Source: Chiloscyllium plagiosum (lineage: Eukaryota). From it: a stretch of DNA of 64,000 nucleotides. A program made the translations under genes and the position numbers. The stretch lies in the NCBI RefSeq assembly GCF_004010195.1, contig NC_057718.1, forward strand, positions 76,641,316 to 76,705,315, read 5' to 3'. The notes under the pieces are model-generated. The model was not told where the DNA came from, made no database searches, and was given only the letters and a program-made list of their open reading frames with translations. Positions 51,590 to 63,140 of this stretch are shown here, piece after piece; position 1 is the stretch's first letter; each line of letters begins with the position of its first letter.

Positions 51590-52649
51590 CACTTGGAAAG
51601 CATTAACAGGACAATACAAAGCCAACATGTGTTTATCAAAGACAAATCATGCTTCATAAATCTAGTGAAGCTTTTTTTTAGAATGTAACTAATAGAATGG
51701 AATGGTGTATTTGTATTTTCAGAAGAGGTTACTGGGAAAAATTAAAGCACACTGGATTAGGCATAATATATTGGCACAGACTGAGAATTCGTTTACAGAC
51801 AGGGAACAGAGAGTGGAAATAAATGAGCCTTTTTCCAGTGATTAGTGGTACCATAAGATCAATGTTTTGGCCTCAGCCATTCATGATATCTATAAATATC
51901 CGAATGAAGGAATCAAATTCAACGTTTTGAAATTTGCTTATGGTATAAAACTAGGTGGGATTGTGAGGAACATATAAGGAGGTGGTAAGGTGATTTAGAT
52001 AAATTGAGTAAGTGGGCAAACACCGTGGCAAATGCAGTACAATATGGCGAAATGTGAAGTTATACACTTTGGTGTGAAAAACAAAAAGGAAGTGTTTTAT
52101 TTAAATGGTGATATGTTTGTATGAAGGGTTCTGGATGTTGTTGTACACCAATCAATGAAGGTAAATAGGCAAGTGCAGCAAGCAATTAGGAAGGTAATAT
52201 TGGCCTTCTTTGCAAGTGATTTTGAGTTCAGAAGTAGATTTGTCTTTATTCAGTTATACAGGTAACCGTACCTGAAGCATTCCAAGCAGTTTTGGTCTCC
52301 CTAGCCAACAAAGAATATACTTGTCACAGAAGGAATGCAGCAGAGGTTCACTAGGCTGCTACCAAGGACGGCAGGACTGGCCTGTGAAGAGAGATTGGTT
52401 CTACTGTCCCTATATTCACTAGAGTTTAGAAGAACAAAGGGCAACTCTTTTTACACAGAGTTGGTTCGTGTATAGAATGAACTTCCAGAGGAAGTGGTGA
52501 GTGTGGGTACAGTTACAATATTACTTACATAAATGATTTGGATGCGAGCATAAGAGGTACAGTTAGTAAGTTTGCAGATGACACCAAAATTGGAGGTATT
52601 GTTGATAGCGAAGAGGGTTACAACAGGATCTGGACCAAATGGGCCAATG
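51590..52649 (+). mobile_element. CR1 fragments up to the contig end
   Basis: Decayed RT, then YINDLDASIRGTVSKFADDTKIGG at the gap edge. Confidence 0.8.
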
Positions 52650-53149
52650 NNNNNNNNNNNNNNNNNNNNNNNNNNNNNNNNNNNNNNNNNNNNNNNNNNN
52701 NNNNNNNNNNNNNNNNNNNNNNNNNNNNNNNNNNNNNNNNNNNNNNNNNNNNNNNNNNNNNNNNNNNNNNNNNNNNNNNNNNNNNNNNNNNNNNNNNNNN
52801 NNNNNNNNNNNNNNNNNNNNNNNNNNNNNNNNNNNNNNNNNNNNNNNNNNNNNNNNNNNNNNNNNNNNNNNNNNNNNNNNNNNNNNNNNNNNNNNNNNNN
52901 NNNNNNNNNNNNNNNNNNNNNNNNNNNNNNNNNNNNNNNNNNNNNNNNNNNNNNNNNNNNNNNNNNNNNNNNNNNNNNNNNNNNNNNNNNNNNNNNNNNN
53001 NNNNNNNNNNNNNNNNNNNNNNNNNNNNNNNNNNNNNNNNNNNNNNNNNNNNNNNNNNNNNNNNNNNNNNNNNNNNNNNNNNNNNNNNNNNNNNNNNNNN
53101 NNNNNNNNNNNNNNNNNNNNNNNNNNNNNNNNNNNNNNNNNNNNNNNNN
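52650..53149. other. Assembly gap (exactly 500 N)
   Basis: Run of N. The round size suggests a placeholder scaffold join rather than a measured gap. Confidence 0.99.
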
Positions 53150-53302
53150 TGTGAATGTTACCACGGACCGTTTCCGTCTGAATGGGACAGACGGTGTGAT
53201 CCAGGAGAACTACCTGCAGGGGAAGTTTGGGAATATGATGACCTTGTGTGCCATGCTGCCACTGCTGGTCTTCAGCTGCATCAACTCCATCCTCCTTCCA
53301 CG
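53150..53302 (+). CDS. SLC29A1: Equilibrative nucleoside transporter 1-like exon (extracellular loop + TM2), 5' end lost in the gap
   Basis: VNVTTDRFRLNGTDGVIQENYLQGKFGNMMTLCAMLPLLVFSCINSILLPR resembles ENT1 FNNVMTLCAMLPLL..LNSFLHQR. Donor CG|GTACGC, phase 2. Confidence 0.88.
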
Positions 53303-53314
53303 GTACGCTGCGCT

Positions 53315-54985
53315 GCTCACAGGCTACTCACCGGGTCACAGACCAGATCACCGGGTCACAGGCTACTCACCGGGTCACAGGCTACTCACCGGGTCACAGG
53401 CCAGATCACCGGGTCACAGGCCAGATCACCAGGTCACAGGCTACTCACCTGGTCACAGGCCAGATCACCAGCTCACAGGCTACTCACCGGGTCACAGGCC
53501 AGATCACCAGGTCACAGGCCAGATCACCAGGTCACAGGCTACTCACCAGGTCACAGGCCAGATCACCAGCTCACAGGCTACTCACCGGGTTACAGGCTAC
53601 TCACCAGGTCACAGGCTACTCACCGGGTCACAGGCCAGATCACCAGCTCACAGGCTACTCACCGGGTCACAGGCTACTCACCGGGTCACAGGCTACTCAC
53701 CGGGTTACAGGCCAGATCACCAGGTCACAGGCTACTCACCGGGTCACAGGCTACTCACCAGGTCACAGGCTACTCACCGGGTCACAGGCCAGATCACCAG
53801 CTCACAGGCTACTCACCAGGTCACAGGCTACTCACCAGGTCACTGGCTACTCACCAGGTCACAGGCTACTCACCAGGTCACAGGCTAGTCACCCGGTTAC
53901 AGGCTACTCACCAGGTCACACGCTAGCTCACCTGGTTACAGGCTAGCTCACCTGGTCACAGGCTACTCACCAGGTCACAGGCTACTCACCTGGTAACAGG
54001 CCAGCTCACCTGGTCACAGGCTGCTCACCAGGTCACAGGCCAGCTCACCTGGTCACAGGCCAGATCACCAGGTTACAGGCCAGCTCACCAGGTCACAGGC
54101 CAGATCACCTGGTCACAGGCTAGCTCACCAGGTCACAGGCTAGCTCACCTGGTCACAGGCCAGATCACCAGGTTACAGGCCTGCTCACCTGGTCACAGGC
54201 TAGCCCACCAGGTTACAGGCCAGCTCACCTGGTCACAGGCCAGATCACCTGGTCACAGGCTAGCTCACCTGGTCACAGGCCAGCTCACCAGGTCACAGGC
54301 CAGCTCACCTGGTTACAGGCTAGCTCACCTGGTCACAGGCTAGCTCACCAGGTTACAGGCTAGCTCACCTGGTCACAGGCCAGCTCACCTGGTCACAGGC
54401 CAGCTCACCAGGTCACAGGCCAGCTCACCTGGTCACAGGCTAGCTCACCAGGTCACAGGCCAGATCACCAGGTTACAGGCCTGCTCACCTGGTCACAGGC
54501 TAGATCACCAGGTTACAGGCCAGCTCACCAGGTCACAGGCCAGCTCACCTGGTCACAGGCTAGCTCACCAGGTCACAAGCCAGCTCACCAGGTCACAGGC
54601 CAGCTCACCAGGTCACAGGCCAGCTCACCTGGTTACAGGCTAGCTCACCAGGTCACAGGCTATCTCACCAGGTCACAGGCTATCTCACCAGGTTACAGGC
54701 TATCTCACCAGGTTACAGGCCAGTTCACCAGGTCACAGGCTAGCTCACCAGGTTACAGGCTATCTCACCAGGTCACAGGCCAGTTCACCAGGTCACAGGC
54801 TAGCTCACCAGGTCACAGGCTATCTCACCAGGTCACAGGCTATCTCACCAGGTTACAGGCTATCTCACCAGGTTACAGGCCAGTTCACCAGGTCACAGGC
54901 TAGCTCACCAGGTTACAGGCCTGCTCACCTGGTCACAGGCTATCTCACCTGGTTACAGGCCAGCTCACCAGGTAACAGGCTAGCT
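53315..54985. repeat. 19/20-bp minisatellite (GGTCACAGGC-YAGCTCACC-W), about 85 units
   Basis: Direct reading. Starts 12 nt after the exon donor. Confidence 0.95.
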
Positions 54986-55044
54986 ATGTATACAAACTGA
55001 CCCCACCATCAGAGGTATACCTGGGGGACCAGGTTGACAGAATG

Positions 55045-55965
55045 AGACATAAAATAGAAACTAGGAGGAGGAGTAGGTCATTCGGCCCTTCTAGCCTGAT
55101 CTGCTATTCAGTCGGATCATAGCTGACCATCCAACTCAGGACCTGGTTGTCATTTTGTCACCTTTAATCCCCTCAGCCCGAAGAACCAAACGTCTCTTTC
55201 TTCAAAACATTTGTCCTGAACCACTTTCTGTGGTAGAGATCTCCACACGCTCCCCCATGTCTGGCTGCAGCCAGTTCCCCTTGTCTCAGTCCAAAATGGC
55301 CGCCTCTGTAACCTCACACAGTCATCCCCATCCTTTTGAACTCCCCAGTCATTGGAAAGATCTTTCCTGTGTTCACCCTGTCAAGTCCTGTTCAAAGTTT
55401 GTAGTTTTCGATGAGATCACTTCCTGGTTTTTCTAAACTCCAGTGAAAATAATCCTAACTGATCCAGTCTGTCCTCATCCACCAGCCCTGCCATCCCAGG
55501 AATCAGTCTGGTAACCCTTCGCTGCCCTCCCTCCATCACCAGAACATCTTCCCTCAGATAAGGAGACCAAACCTGTCCACAATACTCCAGGTGTGATCTC
55601 CCCAAGATCCGGTATAATTGCAGCAAGACCTCCCTGCTCCTGGACTCAAATCCTCTCACTATGTTGGCCAACATCCCATTTCCCTTCCTCACCGCCTGCT
55701 GTACCTGCACGCTTACTTTCAGAGACTGGGGTACAAGGACACCCAGGTCCCATTGCCCCTGCCCCTTTCCCAACCTGTCCCCATTCAGATCATCATCTGC
55801 CTTCCTGACCCCCCCCAACCCCTCACATTTATCCACATTATACTGCATCTGCTCTGTATTTCCCCACTCCCTCAGCCTGTCCAAATCCCACTGAGACATC
55901 TCTGACTGCTCCTCACAGCTCACCCTCCCACCCAGCTTTGTGCTGTCTGCAAACCTGCAGAGATT
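55045..55965 (-). mobile_element. CR1 LINE (FADxTKL to 3' end)
   Basis: - strand QMQYNVDKC...DLGVLV...LQLYRILGRSHLEYCGQVWSPYLRED. Confidence 0.85.
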
Positions 55966-55969
55966 ACAT

Positions 55970-57926
55970 TATCCCACTGATCCCCGCGGTATCCCACTGA
56001 TCCCCGCGGTATCCCACTGATCCCCGCGGTATCCCACTGATCCCTGCCGTGCCCCACCGAGCCCCGCTGTATCCCACTGATCCCCGCGGTATCCCACTGA
56101 TCCCTGCAGTATCCCACTGATCCCCGCGGTAACCCACCGATCCCCGCGGTAACCCACTGATCCACGCGGTAACCCACTGATCCCTGCGGTGCCCCACTGA
56201 TCCCCGCGGTAACCCACCGATCCCTGCGGTGCCCCACCGATCCCCGCGGTACCCCACTGATCCACGCGGTAACCCACTGATCCCTGCGGTGCCCCACTGA
56301 TCCCTGCGATACCCCACTGATCCCCGCGGTAACTCACTGATCTCCGCGGTACCCCACTGATCCCCGCGGTACCCCACCGAGCCCCGCGGTATCCCACTGA
56401 TCCCCGCGGTACCCCACCGAGCCCCGCGGTAACCCACTGATCCCCGTGGAAACCCACTGATCCCTGCGGTAACCCACTGATCCCGGCGGTAACCCGCTGA
56501 TCCCCGCGGTAACCCACTGATCCCCGCGGTATCCCACTGATCCCCGCGGTAACCCACTGATCCCCGCGGTATCCCACTGATCCCCGCGGAAACCCACTGA
56601 TCCCTGCGGTAACCCACTGATCCCCGCGGTATCCCACTGATCCCTGCCGTGCCCCACTGATCCCCGCGGTATCCCACTGATCCCTGCCGTGCCCCACTGA
56701 TCCCTGCGGTAACCCACTGACCCATGCGGTATCCCACTGATCCCCGCGGTAACCCACTGATCCCCGCGGTAACCCACTGATACCCGCGGTATCCCACTGA
56801 TCCCCGCGGTATCCCACTGACCCCCGCGCTATCCCACTGATCCCCGCGGTATCCCACTGATATCCGCGTTATCCCACTGATCCCTGCGGTAACCCACTGA
56901 TCCCTGCGGTGTCCCACCGATCCCCGCGGTATCCCACTGATCCCCACGGTAACCCACTGATCCCCGCGGTAACCCACTGATCCCTGCGGTAACCCACTGA
57001 TCCCCGCGGTAACCCACTGATCCACGCGGTATCCCACTGATCCCCACGGTAACCCACTGATCCCCGCGGTAACCCACTGATCCCCGCGATATCCCACTGA
57101 TCCCTGCGGTAACCCACTGATCCCTGCGGTAACCCACTGATCCCTGCGGTAACCCACTGATCCCCGCGGTATCCATCTGATCCCCGCGGTAACCTACTGA
57201 TCCCCGCAGTATCCCACTGATCCCCGCGGTACCCCACTGATCCCCGCGGTATCCCACTGATCCCCGCGGTAACCCACTGATCCCCGCGATAACCTACTGA
57301 TCCCCACGGTAACCCACTGATCCCCGCGGTACCCCACTGATCCCCGCGGTACCCCACTGATCCCTGCGGTATCCCACTGATCCACGCGGTATCCCACTGA
57401 TCCCTGCGGTAACCCACTGATCCCCGCAGTAACCCACCGATCCCTGCGGTAACCCACTGATCCCCGCGGTAACCCACTGATCCCTGTGGTAACCCACTGA
57501 TTCCCGCGGTAACCCACTGATCCCCGCGGTAACCCACTGATCCCCGCAGTAACCCACTGATCCCTGCGGTATCCCACTGATCCCCACGGTATCCCACTGA
57601 TCCCTGCGGTAACCCATTGATCCCCGCAGTAACCCACCGATCCCTGCGGTAACCCACTGATCCCCGCAGTAACCCACCGATCCCCACGGTACCCCACTGA
57701 TCCCCGTGGTAACCCATTGATCCCCGCGGTATCCCACTGATCCCCGCGGTATCCCACTGATGCCCGCGGTAACCCACTGATCCCCGCGGTATCCCACTGA
57801 TCCCCGCGGTAACCCACTGATCCCTGCGGTAACCCACCTATCCCCGCGGTAACCCACTGATCCCCGCGGTATCCCACTGATCCCCGCGGTAACCCACTGA
57901 TCCCTGCGGTAACCCACTGATCCCTG
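55970..57926. repeat. 20-bp CpG-rich minisatellite (WWCCCACTGATCCCYGCGGT), about 98 units
   Basis: Direct reading. Strict 20-bp register. Confidence 0.97.
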
Positions 57927-59138
57927 CCCCAAATGCTACATTACAACTTCTAGAAATCACTCATTATCTTGGCCTCGATTGCTTCCTGTGGGAGTGAATG
58001 CCATCACCCTCCTGCTCTCTGGGTGAAGACATTTCTCCTCAGCTCGGTGTGAAATGGTTTACTCCTCATTCTCGTCCTGCCATCCCTGGTTTTGGACAAT
58101 GTCTGATTGGAAAGCTCCCACATTTGCCTTCCCTGGTAATTTTCTCTCCACACCCTGACAGAAATGTTTACCGTCCGGTTGTACATCCTCTACCAGGCCT
58201 CTCCGGTACTGTATTCCCGCTCTTCCCCACTTCCTTTTTCCTGCTTTGCTGAAATCTGAGCAGTTTCCAACCCTCAGGCCTGGTTTCCATTTTTGGCCAA
58301 TTTGTCTGGCCCTGGCTATTTCCGAACTTCCCTTGTTAGCCATGGCCCCCCTTTTTTGCTCTGTTATGTTTGTGACAGACAGGAAGGAGAAATTATAACA
58401 CAAACCCTATCTTGCTGGAGAAACGATTCCGAAGAAGGCTCACTGGACTCGGCACGTTAACATTGCTTTCCCTCCATTTGTGATGCCAGACCTGCTGAGT
58501 TTCTCCAGCTCGTTCTGTTTTGTTTCCGATTTCCAAAGCTTGCTGCCCGTTGTATTATTTTCGGAGTGAGCTATCATTGCAGGTCCCGTTAGCCATTGTC
58601 TTCTCAGTGTGACCCCTCTCAGTAATACCAACCCGATCTCTGACAGCCAGCTCACGCCTCGTGCCATTATCACTCTGTTTAGATTCAGGACCCTGTCTTG
58701 ATAAAGAATTCTATCGTAAGTGCTTACTTTTCCCGAAAAGGTTTCCAAGTAGAGTTCCAATTATTCCTTTCACGTTGCACACGACCCAGTCTTGAATAGT
58801 TTCCTAGTTGGATTCTCGATGTATTGATCCAGAAAACCATCTCAAACACACTCTATAAATTTACCCTGTCAGGTATTATTACGGATTTGATTTGTCCAAT
58901 CCACATGCAGTGAGGGATGTCCATAATTACAGCACTGCCTGTAATTTCCTGTTTGATCGCTTCCCTAACGTTTAGCACAACTGAATATAGATGGAGAATC
59001 TCGTGTTCCAGCTCAGGGCAAGGTGCGAGGATTGGATACCTTGGAATAGTATTGGGAAGGGTGGGCTCCCCAACAGGACCAGATTGGGATCTTGGGAACA
59101 GGTTGTAAAGTAACAGTCTCCTCTCTCCCCAAAATCAG

Positions 59139-59278
59139 GATCCCAGAGGTGGTCCGGATCTGTGGATGCCTTGCTGCTATCTTCATCCTCTTTCTCTTCA
59201 CCTCAATCCTGGTGAAAGTCTCCCTGGAACCCATCGTCTTCTTCACTGTCACCATGCTAACGATTGTCCTTATCAACA
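59139..59278 (+). CDS. SLC29A1: ENT1-like exon (TM3-TM4), 140 nt
   Basis: CAG acceptor at 59136-59138. (R)IPEVVRICGCLAAIFILFLFTSILVKVSLEPIVFFTVTMLTIVLIN(S). Donor A|GTAAGT. Phases 2 and 1 are compatible with the flanking exons. Confidence 0.92.
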
Positions 59279-59311
59279 GTAAGTCTACAACGTGCTAAGA
59301 GTGTAACAGGA

Positions 59312-60215
59312 TACTGTGTGTGTGTGTGTACACGTACTTGAGAGTGAGTAAACGAGTGTGAGTGTGTAAGTGAAAATGTCTTTAAGATACTGGATCAGTA
59401 AGTGTGATTTGGAAGCTAAGTATTGTGTTTTGTGAGTGTGAGCAGTGTGTGTGTGAGTATGTGAATGTGCAGTACAGAGCATGTGTCCACAAGACTGGGT
59501 GAGTGTGAGCAGGTGTGGGAGCCAGTGTATAAGTGTGAATGTGCAGAGTGTGTGTGTATGAGAGTGGGTGAGTGTGAGAGTGTGAGCAAGTGTATAAGTG
59601 TGAATGTGCCGAGTGTGTGTCTATGAGAATGGGTGAGTATGTGAGTGTGAGCAGGTGTGGGAGCTGATGTATAAGTGTGAATGTGCAGAGTGTGTGTGTA
59701 TGAGAGTGGGTGAGTGTGTGAGTGTGAGCAAGTGTATAAGTGTGAATGTGCCGAGTGTGTGTCTATGAGAATGGGTGAGTATGTGAGTGTGAGCAGGTGT
59801 GGGAGCTGATGTATAAGTGTGAATGTGCAGAGTGTGTGTGTATGAGAGTGGGTGAGTGTGTGAGTGTGAGCAAGTGTATAAGTGTGAATGTGCCGAGTGT
59901 GTGTCTATGAGAATGGGTGAGTATGTGAGTGTGAGCAGGTGTGGGAGCTGATGTATAAGTGTGAATGTGCAGAGTGTGTGTGTATGAGAGTGGGAGCTGT
60001 ATGTGGGAGCCAGTGTATAAGTGTGAATGTGCAGAGTGTGTGTCTATGAGAGTGGGTGAGTGTGTGAGTGTGAGCTGTATGTGGGAGCCAGTGTATAAGT
60101 GTGAATGTGCAGAGTGTGTGTGTATGAGAGTGGGTGTGAGTGTGAGTGTGTATGTGAGGGTGCATCAGTGTGAGTGTCTGAGTGTGAGCACCAGTGTGAT
60201 TGAGTGTGAAGACGT
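59312..60215. repeat. TG-rich compound tandem repeat with a 142-bp higher-order unit
   Basis: The GAGCAAGTGTATAAG marker recurs at 59584, 59726 and 59868. Confidence 0.9.
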
Positions 60216-60874
60216 GTGTACATTGGGAGTATATCAGACTGTGGTAGTGTCATACACCAGGGAAACAGGCCCTTCCGTCCGACCCATCCACGGTCAGATT
60301 TCTTAAACAGAGCCAGTCCCATTCGCCTGCATCTGGCCCCGTAAACCTTTCCTGTCCACCTGGCCGTCCAAATGCCTTGTAAATGGTGTGATTGTAGCTG
60401 CATCCACCATTGTCAAGCGTCTGTCAGTTCAAAGATATCCCAGAAAATTTGTAATCCAACCTGCAATGTCTATCTATGGACATTCCTCTCCCTAAAACAA
60501 CCTGTCTCCTTGGCAACATGAACTGCGTGGGTCTTGTATCCAGGCAGAATTGCCAAGTAACTTCTAGACACCCAACTCCATTCCAACTTAGAATGAATTA
60601 GACAGTTTGAAATATCACAGCTTTGAATTTCTTAACAACGCGATGACATAAACCGACCCACAGGACGTACAAGTCCAAGCAGAAACCACCAAACCAATTC
60701 AACACGACAAGCAGCATGTCTCCCCAAAGTTGCATCCTGCAGATTGAAGAGGCCTCACTGGTGAGGATTTAAAGGAGAATTTGCCTCGCTTGGGGAAGGG
60801 GTCCCTATTATAACCCTTCCCTTAAAATCCGTGTGATTGGAAATGGGAAGAGAAACAGGGTGAATGGTATGAGT

Positions 60875-61512
60875 CTTCCTCAGCACAGGAAGTGCTGGAA
60901 AGTCAGGTTTTCTATGTGTTTGATAAAGGTGGAGGTGGAGCAAGTGGAGCAGGTTACGAGGGTGCCCGTAGAGGAAGATAATGGCAGGAATAATGGTGCC
61001 AAAGGAGAGATAGGGATGTAAAATGGGTGTCAATAATAGGAGTGAAAAGCAGAAGATGTCTTGCAAATTCAGCGAGACAAGGCATGGCCAAGAGAGGGTG
61101 GGATGGTGAAAGTAAAATAAAGGAACACAGCTCATACTCTGAAGCTGTGGAGTCAACATTGAGACCAGAGGACTGTAACGTGCCCTGGGTGTGTGAGGTG
61201 TTGTTCCTTGAGCTTGTGAAGTGTTTTGGGATGTTGCAGCAGGAAAATGTCAGTGTGGGAGCAAAGGGGGGGGGGGGGTGTTATAGAAATGGCAAGTCAC
61301 TGGGAGACCAGGGTCAGTCTGACAGACAGAGCGCTGGTGTTTCACACCCAGTCTGTGTCTGGTCTTGGCAGTGTGCAGGAGATGGCAGTGGGAGCAGTGA
61401 ATACAGGAGGCTGGATTGAAGGAGGTAGAGTGCTTGACCTGGAAGGTGTATGTGAGGCTTTGCCAAGTGAGGGGGAAGAGGTGTTACACCTTTCGCTATT
61501 GTGTGGAAAGGT
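60875..61512 (-). mobile_element. Degenerate Penelope-like (Neptune-like) GIY-YIG C-terminus and 3' region
   Basis: - strand remnants resembling KLxEQHL...GTLQ.SGLN.D and a Cys-rich YIGETxRRL-type region, followed by a pyrimidine-rich 3' tract. Confidence 0.5.
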
Positions 61513-61744
61513 CAATCAAGTTCGAAAGGGTAGACACAGCAAATCCATAGATTGCATTAGGGCTATCCTGGGATCTCGTACTGGGCAAAGAGGCAGGTTT
61601 GAGAATTGGCCCACAAGTAAAATATCCCTTAGGAACTAGTGATCATAACATGATAATATTTAATATTCAGTTTGAAATTGAGAAAATGGTTTGGAAGCAT
61701 CTGTTTTTAACATAAAGCAATAGTAATATAATGAAAATAGAGGT

Positions 61745-62105
61745 TTTGTTTATATTCATTTGTGGGATGTGGATGTCGCAGGCTGGGCCAGCATTTATTA
61801 CCCCGTCCCTAGTTGCCCCCCTGAGAGGGTGGGGGGGAGCTGCCTTCCTGACCCGCTGCAGTCCGTGTGCTGGGGGTAGACCCACAATGTCCCTGAGGGA
61901 GGGAATTCCAGGATTCGGGACCCAGTGACAGTGAGGGAACGGGGAGATATTTCCCAGTCAGGATGGGGAGGGACTCGGAGGGGGACTTGCAGGGGGTGGG
62001 GTCCCCGTGTATCTGCTGCCCCTTGTCCTTCTCGATGGAAGTGGCTGTGGGTTTGGAAGGGGCTGCCTGAGGATCTTTGGGGAATTTCCCTGGTGCACCT
62101 TGGGA
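61745..62105 (-). mobile_element. LINE 3' end (same family as 3060-6070)
   Basis: Shared sequence with the split copy at 3060/5585. Confidence 0.65.
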
Positions 62106-62619
62106 TTGTTCTCCTTGGAGCAGAGAAAGTCAAGAGGAAATTTATTTGAGATGTTGAAAATATAACGTGTTTGTTGAGAGCAAAAGAGTTCCAACGTGAG
62201 GGTCAGTAATGAGAGGACACAGAGTCAGGTTGAACCAGGAGGGGGCTGAGGGGAAACCCCTGTCAGGTCGAGTGTTTTTGGGATAGAAAACCTGCTGTCT
62301 GAAGGCATGGCAGAAATCCATCCAGACAGATATCACAGAGTGACTCTGAAACCTGCAGAGCACCGCTGAGGAAGTAGGAGAAAGGTACTTAGTGGAAAAC
62401 TCTTTCAGAGAACGTGCACAGCAAGATGGGCTGAATAACCTCCTCGCTGCCTCATTATCCAGTGATTCTGAGACGAGGAGAGTGAGCCAAGATGGAACTG
62501 TCTTTACAGAGAGCAGAGAAAACCACCGTGGGACCCCCAACTTGGCTCAGTTACACACACTGGGCCTTACAAGGTGTTGCAATTGTCTGCCGCTAAAGGG
62601 AATACCAAAAAGAGGCAGC

Positions 62620-62812
62620 CGGTGAAAGGAAGGCTCAGTGGTTAGCACCAGGGACCCAGGTTCGATTCCAGCCTCGGGCGACTGTCTGTGCACATTCTCC
62701 CCGTGTCTGCGTGGGTTTCCCCCCACAGTCCAAAGATGTGCAGGTCGGGGTGGATTGGCCGTGGGAAATGCAGGGTTACAGGGTTCAGGTGGGGACTCCC
62801 ACACTGCAGGGA
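62620..62812 (+). mobile_element. Partial HE1/V-SINE-like element
   Basis: ggctcagtggttagcac...ggttcgattcc...cccacagtccaaagatgtgcagg. Confidence 0.8.
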
Positions 62813-62874
62813 TTTAATGCTCCTGATTTCCTCCACACTGTGTGTCTGTCTCTCTCTCTCTCTCTCTCTTGCAG

Positions 62875-63009
62875 GTTTCGGAGCTGTCCTGCAGGGCAGT
62901 ATCTTCGGCCTGGCTGGGTTACTGCCTGCGTTATACACTGCGCCCATCATGAGTGGTCAGGGAATGGCAGGGACCTTCGCAGCACTTGCCATGATCTGCG
63001 CCATCGCAA
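62875..63009 (+). CDS. SLC29A1: ENT1-like exon (TM5-TM6), 135 nt
   Basis: (CT)n tract and GCAG acceptor. (S)FGAVLQGSIFGLAGLLPALYTAPIMSGQGMAGTFAALAMICAIA(S) is the ENT1 signature. Donor A|GTAAGG. Confidence 0.93.
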
Positions 63010-63140
63010 GTAAGGGATTGCCTCGACATCATCGTCACCGAGCACAGAGCCTCAGGAGGGACACACACCACTCAACAACACGGTCACACACAGCCCAATC
63101 CCCTCCCAAAGGCCTAGGCAGCCATGCAAGCAGAAACCGG

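Noticed and set aside
52451..53946. Long ORFs (237-462 aa) spanning the gap and first minisatellite
   Set aside because: Artefacts of N translation and stop-free repeat units. Only 53150-53302 is a real exon.
55920..57932. Repetitive Gly-rich ORFs up to 397 aa on the - strand
   Set aside because: Translations of a 20-bp minisatellite that is open in several frames, with no splice or start context.
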